A stretch of DNA of 64,000 nt from an uncultured Thermoprotei archaeon (GTDB taxonomy: Archaea > Thermoproteota > Thermoprotei > Thermofilales > B15-G2), in contig CBDUKN010000013.1 of NCBI GenBank assembly GCA_965367815.1, forward strand, positions 1-64,000, written 5' to 3'. A model generated the notes under the pieces. That model did not search any database. It was not told the DNA's origin and was given only the letters and a program-made list of their open reading frames with translations. Below, piece after piece: positions 48,831-57,992 of this stretch (position 1 is its first letter; each line of letters begins with the position of its first letter). Position numbers and translations under genes: made by a program.

Positions 48831-49811
48831 TTAACACCTCTTGAGCTCGTTTATAAGCATGCCGATATCTTTTACTAAAGGAGGCCATCCGAAAATTTCT
48901 CTCACAATAAGGGGTACTGCTTGTGGGGCGAAAACACCTCTCTCAGTTATTATTGCGTCTATGTATTCTGGCGGCGTTACATCGAAAGCTGGACACAGTA
49001 CTTTAACGTTGCCTAATGCTCTGAGTTCATGTGAAGAGAGCAGTACTTCAGGTCTTCTATAGGTAAGTTCAACTACTTCTCCTAGAAAAGTCTCTAAACT
49101 GAACTTGTATGTTCCAGCTGCTACGAATACTCTTACTCTTGCTTCGTGTGCTGCTAACGCTATCATAGATGTACCAATTTTATTCACAACAGCACCATTA
49201 GCGGCTATTGCTTCGGCTCCAATTAGTACTAAGTCTACTTCTTTCATCATGTACCGCACAGCTGAATCTACGAAGAGAGTTACGGGAAATTTTCTCTTAT
49301 AGAGTTCTACGGCCATATCTATTCCTTCTCCGCCCGGCCTCGATTCAGGAATAAATACTGAGATATTCTTCCCCTCCTCTTTGGCTTTTTCTAGAACTTT
49401 TAGTACAGTATAACTGTAAGTATTGGTCAAGATAGTATCGCCGTCTCTAATGCGTTTCGCGCCTATTTCCGCTATAACTTCTACGCTTTCATGTGCCTCC
49501 TTAAGCATTTGGTCTATTTTATTACAGATTTTTTCTTTAATTTCATTAGAGCTGAGTTTCTTTTTAATACAGTCTATAGTTAATTCAATTACTTCACGCA
49601 AACAGTTAACTGTTAAAGCAGAAGTGGGTCTAGCTTTAATTAGAGGAGGAACATAACTAATTAAAGTATTTTTAATTTCTTTTACAGTCTCGCACGAAGA
49701 TATTTGGTTTTTTATAAATAGTAGTGCCTTTTCAGCAGCTTCAGTTGATCCGAAAATTCTGCCATCACGTAAATCGCTTACCAATTTATGAAAATCCTCG
49801 TACGCCTCCAT
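48831..49811 (-). CDS. Second eIF2B-family paralog lacking the R15P isomerase catalytic Cys
   Basis: RPTS, LTNTYS, ESRP, IGAE, NKIGT; ATG at 49811 preferred. Confidence 0.85.
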   Translation of the reverse strand: MEAYEDFHKLVSDLRDGRIFGSTEAAEKALLFIKNQISSCETVKEIKNTLISYVPPLIKARPTSALTVNCLREVIELTIDCIKKKLSSNEIKEKICNKIDQMLKEAHESVEVIAEIGAKRIRDGDTILTNTYSYTVLKVLEKAKEEGKNISVFIPESRPGGEGIDMAVELYKRKFPVTLFVDSAVRYMMKEVDLVLIGAEAIAANGAVVNKIGTSMIALAAHEARVRVFVAAGTYKFSLETFLGEVVELTYRRPEVLLSSHELRALGNVKVLCPAFDVTPPEYIDAIITERGVFAPQAVPLIVREIFGWPPLVKDIGMLINELKRC

Positions 49812-49852
49812 CTTAAATAAATAATATGAAAGCACGCCTTAATAAACTAAGC

Positions 49853-49888
49853 GTTGCAGCGCTATGCAACAGTGCAGCGCCATACAAT
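49853..49888. promoter_or_regulatory. Tandem 18-bp palindromic operator candidate
   Basis: GTTGCAGCGCTATGCAAC followed directly by AGTGCAGCGCCATACAAT, between two divergent TATA-like boxes. Confidence 0.6.
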
Positions 49889-49941
49889 TTAATCTAAATG
49901 CAACATAACTTAATAAATCAAATAGGTTCTAAAATATAGCG

Positions 49942-50496
49942 ATGAGAAAAATCACTAGAAAAATACCTGTTAAAAATATAATAGCACCCTCAGTCTTTAT
50001 AATATCTCTGCTCCTCTTCCATTCCTTTATAGTAGCTTTACTATGTACACTGGCCTATTTACTATACAGCAGGCGGAAGAATTCTAAAAGAAAAGAGAAA
50101 ACAAGTACTCCGCTGAAGCTCCTTAAAGGGGATCCAAGAGGCTACCTCTGTAGAAAGAAAATAACAACTGATCTCTATTTCTATCCTAAGAAAAATATTG
50201 TAATATTGCTTAAGCCGCTTAAAATAGAAGCATTTCTTCCGCTGAAAGTAAGTAAAGAGGACTCACTGAAAATAATGAATGCTTTCAAAAAACTAGATGT
50301 CGATGTAATATGTATTCATGAAGGTAGAGAAGCAGTTCTTCTACTGAAATACTCGACTAGAGCTTTTAGACTTACAAACGAAGTACTGCAAGAAATAGTG
50401 GGGGGTCTAGCAGCAAGACTCAGCATAGTTAGCGAATATACAGAATCATTTAAGCCGGCAGAATTTCCTCGAGAGCTAAGTTTTGCTTTAAGGTGA
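49942..50496 (+). CDS. Hypothetical membrane protein
   Basis: N-terminal hydrophobic hairpin; first gene of a 6-gene operon. Confidence 0.7.
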   Translation: MRKITRKIPVKNIIAPSVFIISLLLFHSFIVALLCTLAYLLYSRRKNSKRKEKTSTPLKLLKGDPRGYLCRKKITTDLYFYPKKNIVILLKPLKIEAFLPLKVSKEDSLKIMNAFKKLDVDVICIHEGREAVLLLKYSTRAFRLTNEVLQEIVGGLAARLSIVSEYTESFKPAEFPRELSFALR

Positions 50497-50500
50497 TATA

Positions 50501-51412
50501 ATGATTCTGGAAATAGCTATAGCTAAAAAATACTATGAGCCAGAATATTCCTTCAGCATATATGGAGAATCTCCTCCTCCTTGGAAAATACCACTAGATT
50601 ACTATTCTTCAGTATTGATAGCAGAGTCTCTTCGAGAAGTCTTTTCAATACCTTTTAGATACTATGTTGAGCTTCAAGAAGCGCTAGAAGAGCTAGTAGA
50701 AGAGGGTTGGAGATATTTAGACCTAAGCGCACTAGCAGAGAGGACTTCATTAGAGGTAGCGCAAGTACTTTGGACTATTAAGCGACTATTTATTGAAGAA
50801 CCTTTTTCCACAAGCATATTTACTGGCTCAGCTTATCCTATAAGTTATCTTTCATATATATTTGGTCTAATATACTTTAGAGAAAAAACAGACACTGTAA
50901 CAATATGCGACGCCTACTTAGCTACACCTCCTAAGAAGCTACTTACCTACATACTTTTATCAAGTTTACAGGGATTCAGAAAAGTTGTGCTCGTGTATCC
51001 TTCTCTAAGCCTAGTGCCGCCTGTACTAGCTAGTATAGCCGACAAAATATATAATCTTGTAGAGTCTGAAGAAGAAATAGAGTTTATAGAACCGTCGCTT
51101 AAAATAGAAAAGCCCATTTCTCTAGTAGATAAATTATTTTATAGTGAAGAAGATAGAAAAATAGCTAAAACAATAATTGCTTTGCTAAGTGAAGGAAGTC
51201 TCGTAGATAGAGCACTTATAGATGCAATTGTCTTAGAGTCAAGAGCAGAAGAAATAGTTGTAAGAAAAATAATAACAAAACTAATAACATACGGGCTTAT
51301 TTCAGAAAAAATTCTTCCGAACGGAAGATCTGTTCTCTCTCTTACTCGTAGAGGGTTTTTAGTAGCAGAGAGGGTGATGTTGAATGAGGATAAAGTGGAG
51401 AAAAAGCAATGA
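50501..51412 (+). CDS. Hypothetical protein with C-terminal winged helix
   Basis: KLITYGLI...LSLTRRG wHTH signature; GGTGA RBS. Confidence 0.7.
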   Translation: MILEIAIAKKYYEPEYSFSIYGESPPPWKIPLDYYSSVLIAESLREVFSIPFRYYVELQEALEELVEEGWRYLDLSALAERTSLEVAQVLWTIKRLFIEEPFSTSIFTGSAYPISYLSYIFGLIYFREKTDTVTICDAYLATPPKKLLTYILLSSLQGFRKVVLVYPSLSLVPPVLASIADKIYNLVESEEEIEFIEPSLKIEKPISLVDKLFYSEEDRKIAKTIIALLSEGSLVDRALIDAIVLESRAEEIVVRKIITKLITYGLISEKILPNGRSVLSLTRRGFLVAERVMLNEDKVEKKQ

Positions 51413-51707
51413 AATAGAATGGACCGTAAAAATACTACCTAATCAGGGAGTAATCATTGCAAGAGCTAGTCTCGTACATGTTAAAACAAAGCCTATGATT
51501 GTAAGGAAGATAGTCTTCTTAGCTAAAAGAGGATCTAGCAAAACGCTCTTTGAAGAGTGGTACACGCTTGAAGATTTTAAGAAAATAGTTTCGGCAGAAA
51601 AAGCTCTAGCAGAAATGGAAGAGCTTTCAGATATTGCTGTTGAGTTAGAAGAAGTAGTAAACAAGTTAATTGCAATAAAAGAAAAGGTGGTTAAACATGA
51701 AGAATAA
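51384..51707 (+). CDS. Hypothetical protein
   Basis: 107 aa, beta-rich N-terminus and helical C-terminus; overlaps both neighbours. Confidence 0.65.
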   Translation: MRIKWRKSNEIEWTVKILPNQGVIIARASLVHVKTKPMIVRKIVFLAKRGSSKTLFEEWYTLEDFKKIVSAEKALAEMEELSDIAVELEEVVNKLIAIKEKVVKHEE

Positions 51708-52647
51708 AAGTTGTTTAGAAGAAATACCTGGAATAGGGCCTAAGACAGCCAGTCTTCTTTCAAGTAAAGGAATAATGAGCCCTAGGCACTTAGCGCTATT
51801 TAATCCCGAAGAACTCTGCGAACTACTTGAATTAACTCCTGAGAGAGCCGAAAAAATAACTAGAGCGGCTAGAAGACTAATGAGAATCAAGAAGACCGTT
51901 ACTGCTAAAGACTATGCTGAAGAACTGACTAAAGTACCTCGGCTAACTACAGGAGTCAAAGCAATCGACGAGCTTCTCGGAGGAGGCTTAGAGCCTAGAG
52001 TCATATACGAGTTAGCAGGAGAATTCGGAAGCGGAAAAACACAGATATGTCATCAATTAGCAGTTACAGCACAGCTTTCAAGAAATAGGGGAGGCATAGG
52101 AGCGTCATGCCTCTACATTGATACAGAAGAGGCATTTTCTCCAAATAGAATAATCGCCGTGAGTAAAAGATTTTCACTAGATCCCACCCAAGTCCTCGAG
52201 AACATCAACGTAGTTAAAGTAGTTAACGTAGCTGATCTCGAAGACTCCATCAAAATAGATGCTGTTAAAATGATAGAAGAAAACGACGTTAAGCTAGTAA
52301 TCATAGACAGTATAATTTCTCTCTACAGGGCAGAATTTAAAGGCAGAGAAATGCTGGCAGCCAGACAGCAGCGCCTAAATTATGTTCTAGACTGGTTGCT
52401 GAGAATAGCTAAAGTCTATGAGATATATGTTGTCGTGACAAATCAAGTACTAGAAGTGCCGCTAGCTTACGGTGAAACAAAAAGACCTGCAGGCGGAATG
52501 GTAATGGCTCATGCTTGTACGCACAGGCTTCTACTCAAGAGAAGTAAAGAGAATCTCAGAGTAGTTGAAGTACTTGATTCTCCTAGACTACCCTACAAGG
52601 CTAGCGCAGTATTCAAGATTACGGAAAGAGGTGTAGAAGATGTGTAA
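51697..52647 (+). CDS. radA: RadA/Rad51-family recombinase (divergent, probably a paralog)
   Basis: HhH LEEIPGIGP, GEFGSGKT, YIDTE, IIDS, GREMLAARQQ, DSP. Confidence 0.88.
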   Translation: MKNKSCLEEIPGIGPKTASLLSSKGIMSPRHLALFNPEELCELLELTPERAEKITRAARRLMRIKKTVTAKDYAEELTKVPRLTTGVKAIDELLGGGLEPRVIYELAGEFGSGKTQICHQLAVTAQLSRNRGGIGASCLYIDTEEAFSPNRIIAVSKRFSLDPTQVLENINVVKVVNVADLEDSIKIDAVKMIEENDVKLVIIDSIISLYRAEFKGREMLAARQQRLNYVLDWLLRIAKVYEIYVVVTNQVLEVPLAYGETKRPAGGMVMAHACTHRLLLKRSKENLRVVEVLDSPRLPYKASAVFKITERGVEDV

Positions 52648-52966
52648 TTTAGATAAAGCTTTTCAAAAATTCGAGGAATGTATGATTAAAAAAGGAAAAT
52701 CTTTAAGTTTTATAAAAAGATGTCGAAAAAGACTAAGGGACGTAGTCAAAGTAAAAGAAAATATGTGGATAGTCAAGGGAAGACCGTCACTAGGAGACTG
52801 GTACTCAGCGTACATAGTAGTGTATATTGAAGAGAAAAAGAGGTATATGTGCTCATGTCAGTCACCTGAAAGAGCTTTTTCTGGAAAACGTAGAAAAGAA
52901 CTGTGTAGTCACGTAGGAGCAGTAATACTCTACAATATGGTGCATAGAAATGAGCACGCTTACTGA
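52640..52966 (+). CDS. SWIM zinc-finger protein
   Basis: YMCSC-x15-CSHV (CxC-xn-CxH). Confidence 0.85.
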   Translation: MCNLDKAFQKFEECMIKKGKSLSFIKRCRKRLRDVVKVKENMWIVKGRPSLGDWYSAYIVVYIEEKKRYMCSCQSPERAFSGKRRKELCSHVGAVILYNMVHRNEHAY

Positions 52967-53291
52967 GCTTTATGCATGTCCTATCTGCGGCAAAACTTTT
53001 TCGAGGAAAGAGTCTCTAGCAAAGCACATTGCCAGAAGACACGGCAACATGATAGTCATTTTAAGAGCTACTACAATAATAAATAGGCTTCAAGAAATAG
53101 AGCACCAATTAAAAATAATATCGAGAGAAATAGATAGAATAAAGTGTATTTTAGAGAGATTATCTGAAGAAGGGAGAATAGTGGTTCAGCAGAAGAAGGA
53201 AGAAGCAGGGCTCAAAACAGTAGATAGTAATCTGCCTTCGTTTCTGCAAGACAATCCGTGGTTAGCTGTTTTGAGTAAAAGAGGAAGGTGA
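52950..53291 (+). CDS. C2H2 zinc-finger protein with coiled coil
   Basis: YACPICGKTFSRKESLAKHIARRH; C-terminal LPSFLQDNPW. Confidence 0.85.
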   Translation: MSTLTELYACPICGKTFSRKESLAKHIARRHGNMIVILRATTIINRLQEIEHQLKIISREIDRIKCILERLSEEGRIVVQQKKEEAGLKTVDSNLPSFLQDNPWLAVLSKRGR

Positions 53292-53301
53292 TAAAGTATT
53301 T

Positions 53302-53319
53302 TACTTTGCAAGCAAAGTA
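53302..53319. promoter_or_regulatory. Inverted-repeat operator upstream of ArsR-like gene
   Basis: TACTTTGC-AA-GCAAAGTA, 8 nt before the GTG start. Confidence 0.6.
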
Positions 53320-53327
53320 TTTTTAGC

Positions 53328-53831
53328 GTGGATGAAAGAAAGATGGCCATGGTCCTAGGTGATGAGACTAGACTAAAGATTCTTAAGATTATTTACGAGA
53401 AGGGCGAAGTAAGAGGAGCAGACCTACCTCAAATGCTAGGAAAACACAGGTCAACTATTTCAAGACATTTAAGTGTTCTTCTAAAGTACTCCCTTATTTC
53501 TCGCAGACTTGTAAATGGAGACTACTACTATACTTTAACAGATGACGGGAAAAACATAGTAGGAGCATTAATTAAAACAGGGTTTAAGCCAGTAGTCGAA
53601 GTGCCTGTAAAATCTATCTCTATTAGAAGTCTGTTCTTAGGGAGAAGCGTATTTGACTTATTTGCGTTAGCTGTAGCGGCAGTACTTGGAGTAGTGGGAG
53701 TAGCAGGACTTTTTACTCAAGCTAAAGTACACGCTATTTCAAGAGTAGTGTGGCTCGTACTGTGGCTAATAGCGGCATTTGTAGCCTTTAAAATAATGAA
53801 GAAAATTAAAAGTCTTGTTGAGCCCTATTAG
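53328..53831 (+). CDS. ArsR-type wHTH regulator with two C-terminal TM helices
   Basis: LGDETRLKIL, STISRHLSVL, YTLTDDG, hydrophobic C-terminus. Confidence 0.85.
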   Translation: MDERKMAMVLGDETRLKILKIIYEKGEVRGADLPQMLGKHRSTISRHLSVLLKYSLISRRLVNGDYYYTLTDDGKNIVGALIKTGFKPVVEVPVKSISIRSLFLGRSVFDLFALAVAAVLGVVGVAGLFTQAKVHAISRVVWLVLWLIAAFVAFKIMKKIKSLVEPY

Positions 53832-55558
53832 AGAGCTATCTCGTAGACTTTAGCTACTTCTTCTAGCACAAGTCCTCTTAAGTCGTTTTCAGGGTTCTCT
53901 ACAGGCACTATTTTTACTCCATGAGTTTTCTTTACAAGAGAAAGACTCTTAGGGTATTTCCATCCTCTAACTAAGTGAAATACTACTACTCTATTCCCTT
54001 TACTAGCCAAGTGACTTAAATAGGGAAGAGCTTCGACAATATTCTGCCAGCCACAGTCAGTTATTATGATAATGAAGCAAGGTTCAGTCAGCTTTCCTAC
54101 GAGCCGCCCAATTTCATGTACCGGAAGAATAGTCATTTGCCCCAGTCTAAGCGACAAAATTATTTCCTTTATTCTACTTTCTGCATCCCAGTCAGCTACA
54201 ACATAATTTGACGAAAATGTTATTACAGCAGTCTTGCCTCCTTTTCGCTTTGCACTCAAGTATACGATGTGAGCTGCTGTAGCGGCGTCATCGAAAATAG
54301 ACACCATACTCTTGCTCGAGTCTAGTACTATGAGAGCAGAAGGAATATAGCCACTGGCTATACTTTGTCCTAAAAAGCTTGCTTTCCTAATCCACTTAAC
54401 AGCATTTACTTCAGGAATAAGAGGACCTTCCTCAAATGTAGCCTCTAAGTCTAGTTCTTCCAGTTCGTCTTCAACAGTCCAGTCATCAGGATACTGGGCT
54501 ACTGCCCACGTAGGCTTCAGTGCACGGCTCTTCTGAATAAACTCTATTAAGGCTTTCTCTGCTCGTGCTCGGTGCCAGTAGCTACGCCATATAGCGTCTC
54601 TAATTATCGACTCATGTATTTTTCCAATGGGTTTAGCTAGCTTTGTGGGCAGGAAAGGTTCTTCTAAACCTTTTTCTTCTCCTGCATACTTAGACGGAGG
54701 CTTAGCTTTCTCTATTTTTCCTGCAGTTTTCTTCATTTTCTCTAAGTATTCTTTAATCTTCTTTAAGGTCTTTTCAGTATCTACCCTATCTGATAAAACA
54801 TAATCAAAAAATGCTTTAGCTTCATTCTCGTCCTTCATTTCACTTAAAACAGTCGTTATGTCTTCAAATCCTCTTCGAGAGAAATCTTCTCTTACACTCA
54901 TAAACTGCTTTTTTAAGTACTTTGCTACAGCCTTTTTAGAGATTTCTTTCATTTGGTAGCTAACAGCCTTGCTTAAGACACGGGCCATTAGCCTTATTTT
55001 CTTAAGCCATGGCGCGCTGGTCTTGGCTATGACTGCGAGTTGCTTCCCTGTATCGTAAACTGGTGTGCTTATTCTATGTTCTTTTATGTCTGGAAAGAGA
55101 TTCTTGTACATAGCGTAAACTATTTGATCAGGGCCACTAGGCTTTATTTCAAAACGATAGTAAATGTGCTTGGGGATCTCCAGGAAAATATTTCTTAAAT
55201 AAAAGTAGTCTACTTGAGCATCTGCAAAAAGATGAAGAGCAAAATGCGCGAGCTCCCAGTTGCCTACTTCCGAGTAAGCCGCCCTCAAAAGCTCTTTCAT
55301 AGTGACTATGTCATATGGACAGTAGTGTGCATGGGCTAAAGCATGTCTAAAAATCCACAAAAGAATTTCCTCAAAGTCTCTTCTAGCAACAAGGTCTTCG
55401 GGTAAGCATACCCTTAATCCTCTCTTCGAAATAGTTATTTTGAAAGTATCTCCTATCTCTACTCGCTCAAGAAAAACTGGGGGAGCCATTAGCTCGCGGC
55501 GTGCTCTAACAAATACTTTCAAAATAACTAGTTCCAGTTTTTCGTGAGATAGTCTCAT
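53828..55558 (-). CDS. VWA-domain protein, MoxR partner
   Basis: MIDAS VLDSSKSM, IITD; N-terminal HALAH metallopeptidase-like motif. Confidence 0.85.
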   Translation of the reverse strand: MRLSHEKLELVILKVFVRARRELMAPPVFLERVEIGDTFKITISKRGLRVCLPEDLVARRDFEEILLWIFRHALAHAHYCPYDIVTMKELLRAAYSEVGNWELAHFALHLFADAQVDYFYLRNIFLEIPKHIYYRFEIKPSGPDQIVYAMYKNLFPDIKEHRISTPVYDTGKQLAVIAKTSAPWLKKIRLMARVLSKAVSYQMKEISKKAVAKYLKKQFMSVREDFSRRGFEDITTVLSEMKDENEAKAFFDYVLSDRVDTEKTLKKIKEYLEKMKKTAGKIEKAKPPSKYAGEEKGLEEPFLPTKLAKPIGKIHESIIRDAIWRSYWHRARAEKALIEFIQKSRALKPTWAVAQYPDDWTVEDELEELDLEATFEEGPLIPEVNAVKWIRKASFLGQSIASGYIPSALIVLDSSKSMVSIFDDAATAAHIVYLSAKRKGGKTAVITFSSNYVVADWDAESRIKEIILSLRLGQMTILPVHEIGRLVGKLTEPCFIIIITDCGWQNIVEALPYLSHLASKGNRVVVFHLVRGWKYPKSLSLVKKTHGVKIVPVENPENDLRGLVLEEVAKVYEIAL

Positions 55559-55560
55559 TA

Positions 55561-56775
55561 CTACATTAACTCTATGCCAAGGTTATACTTAATGCTTTCT
55601 TCGGGCTTAATTAACCCTTCAGCAATCCATTTTTCTTCAAGGTGAACAAGTTCTTCTGCGAAAACTAAGTCCTCGAGAGCTATTTCTTTAGCCTTATTGT
55701 AGAGGCCTCTATTGAAACCTTTAATAAGTTCATTTAAAATATACCATTGTCTTCTACTCTCTCTATCTCTCATTTTAACTTTTTCCATTTCAATTATTTC
55801 CTTTAAATCCGAGATAATGTTCTTTACTTTAGTTAAAGTTATTCTATGCGGCAGAATCCAGAGCAGCATATCGTATATGTCATCTTTTGTACATGACCCT
55901 TCTAGCCATATTTTGGCTTTAGCCAGCTGAGTCAATACTATGCCCGCGCGCTCACTAGGCCCCTCTTTTATTTTGCTACAAATATCTCTTATGAAATGGC
56001 AGCCCTCACAGAGAGCAAGAGGCTTCAATTCAGCTAAATCTCTATTTCTAATGCACACCTGTAAGTCTCTTACAATAGTGTTTATTAAGCCCCTTATTTC
56101 TAAGTCTACTTCTATTTCCTCTACTTCTTTTCTAATTTCTTTTAAATCTTCAGGAGAAAGAACTTGAGGCATAGACTCTACAAGTTCTCCTCTATGTTTC
56201 TCAAGTATTTCTTGAAGCGCAAATTTCTCGCTTAAAGTCAGCGGCCTTAAATAAACACATATATCAAATCTGTCATAGAAAGGCGGCGGATGAATAAAGG
56301 TTGTAGGATCATGGGGATTTTCGTTAGCAATTAAAGTATAGTCCTCTACTCTATATCGATGACCATAAGCCCACACTTCTCCAAACTGCAACATGTGGTA
56401 AATATTAGCAGTCGTATAGGGATTCAGTCTATTAACTTCATCTAGTCCTTTACCTTCCGCTTTAACAAAGGCTGCCCATACAACTCTTTCTACACCTTCT
56501 TTTTCAAGTGAAGGTAAGTGAAGACGGCCGAGTACTTCACCGCGCTTTACTTCAGAAGCTCCCGATATTACTACGAAGTCTGAGCCGTAGATTCCTTTGA
56601 GTAAGAGCAACATTAACGTAGATTTTCCGGAGCCTCTTGGTGCTCTAAAGAGCGTTGTGGCTCTTGTGTGAAGCTGGTTTAAAATAATTATTCTAAGTAC
56701 TTTATCGTTGCAGATAAATCTGCTCTTAATTTCTTCTTCAAGCTTTTTAACTAAGTTTCTATAATATTTACTCAT
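55561..56775 (-). CDS. MoxR-like AAA+ ATPase
   Basis: APRGSGKS Walker A, LDEVNR, ANENP, YDRFD. Confidence 0.88.
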   Translation of the reverse strand: MSKYYRNLVKKLEEEIKSRFICNDKVLRIIILNQLHTRATTLFRAPRGSGKSTLMLLLLKGIYGSDFVVISGASEVKRGEVLGRLHLPSLEKEGVERVVWAAFVKAEGKGLDEVNRLNPYTTANIYHMLQFGEVWAYGHRYRVEDYTLIANENPHDPTTFIHPPPFYDRFDICVYLRPLTLSEKFALQEILEKHRGELVESMPQVLSPEDLKEIRKEVEEIEVDLEIRGLINTIVRDLQVCIRNRDLAELKPLALCEGCHFIRDICSKIKEGPSERAGIVLTQLAKAKIWLEGSCTKDDIYDMLLWILPHRITLTKVKNIISDLKEIIEMEKVKMRDRESRRQWYILNELIKGFNRGLYNKAKEIALEDLVFAEELVHLEEKWIAEGLIKPEESIKYNLGIELM

Positions 56776-56778
56776 AGT

Positions 56779-57090
56779 TCACCTCAAAACAAGGATTAAT
56801 ACTATAGTAATTAACATGAAGACACATGTAAGCGAAAGAATTTTTAGCCATTTTCTATACTTGGCAACAGACTTTTCTAAAAACTCAAGGCGCTCTTTAA
56901 GATCATATGCTGTGCTCTTATTTAAAATAATATAATCTCCCTTTTCGTCAAAATAATACATATCGAGGAAACCTATTACTCTACGTCCAGTTTTCTCTAC
57001 ATTAAACCATTTAATATGATTCTTCTCCACAATAACATCTGTTTTCTCAGCAACACTTTTCAAGTACTTTATGAAAGAATTGCTGCTCAT
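56779..57090 (-). CDS. Hypothetical tail-anchored membrane protein
   Basis: C-terminal TM helix; in operon with MoxR. Confidence 0.65.
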   Translation of the reverse strand: MSSNSFIKYLKSVAEKTDVIVEKNHIKWFNVEKTGRRVIGFLDMYYFDEKGDYIILNKSTAYDLKERLEFLEKSVAKYRKWLKILSLTCVFMLITIVLILVLR

Positions 57091-57134
57091 TCACTAATCC
57101 TATCTTAGAGCGCTACTTAAGTTTTATGAGAATT

Positions 57135-57992
57135 CTAGGGAATAACGCGCGGCAGGAAGTAGTTAACAAAGTAGCTTAAGTAGAATACTACTGTCACTAA
57201 GAGAAATGCTTTGGCTTCACTTATTTTCTTGTATACGGTGAGAGTCGCGATCAAGAAACCTATAGTGAATATTTGTGCAAGTCTATACAGTAGAGCCGCT
57301 GAATAAAGAAAAATTTCACTGTTATTAAAGTACGGTTTAGTTAGACCAATGAGCAGTACTACGAGATATATGGGGATAAAGGATGCAGATGAAGCTGCAT
57401 AAAATTCAGGTAGAGAGCTTTTACTGCCTAGGGCTCTTGAAAGAAGATCGAGAATTACAGCTACAACAAGCCAGCTTAACATGCTTTCGGTGACTGCGAA
57501 AATCTTGTCACTTATTGTAAGAAAAACAGTGTTCCTAGATTCGAGTAAGACTATTTCAAATCCCCATAGTGCAGAAGGTATTGCGGCCAAAATCACAGAC
57601 AGTATTACAGCTATTCCTTCGAGTAAAGGTTGCTTATAAAGCGAAGTAAATAGTTTGGTTGGAATAAAATAAGGTTTAATATATTTGTCAAAAAACTCTA
57701 CTACTTTAGGCTTTCCTCCGAAAACTTCTTTCAGTAAATCTTTTTCCTTTTCAAATATCTTAAAGAGCTTAAGGCCGTCTTCTGTTAACCTATACTTTTT
57801 ATCCTCTGTTTGCTCAATAACTCCTCTAAGGTTCTCTAAATGATAGTAGAGAGTACCTGTACTGACTTTGAGTTGTCTCTTAAGCTCTGTAAATGTCTTT
57901 GCACCTTCTCTACCTAAAACCTCTACTATTTGTCTGCGAAGAGGATTGCTGACAACAGTGTTTAGCAACACATAGGGATCTTTATTCGCCAT
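57135..57992 (-). CDS. wHTH regulator fused to a multi-TM (Yip1-like) domain
   Basis: NPLRRQIV, STGTLYYHL, YRLTEDG, then ~5 TM helices. Confidence 0.82.
   Translation of the reverse strand: MANKDPYVLLNTVVSNPLRRQIVEVLGREGAKTFTELKRQLKVSTGTLYYHLENLRGVIEQTEDKKYRLTEDGLKLFKIFEKEKDLLKEVFGGKPKVVEFFDKYIKPYFIPTKLFTSLYKQPLLEGIAVILSVILAAIPSALWGFEIVLLESRNTVFLTISDKIFAVTESMLSWLVVAVILDLLSRALGSKSSLPEFYAASSASFIPIYLVVLLIGLTKPYFNNSEIFLYSAALLYRLAQIFTIGFLIATLTVYKKISEAKAFLLVTVVFYLSYFVNYFLPRVIP

Noticed and set aside
49942-57992. Integrated virus or plasmid
   Set aside because: No integrase, att repeats, tRNA target, capsid or replication gene, and no obvious compositional shift
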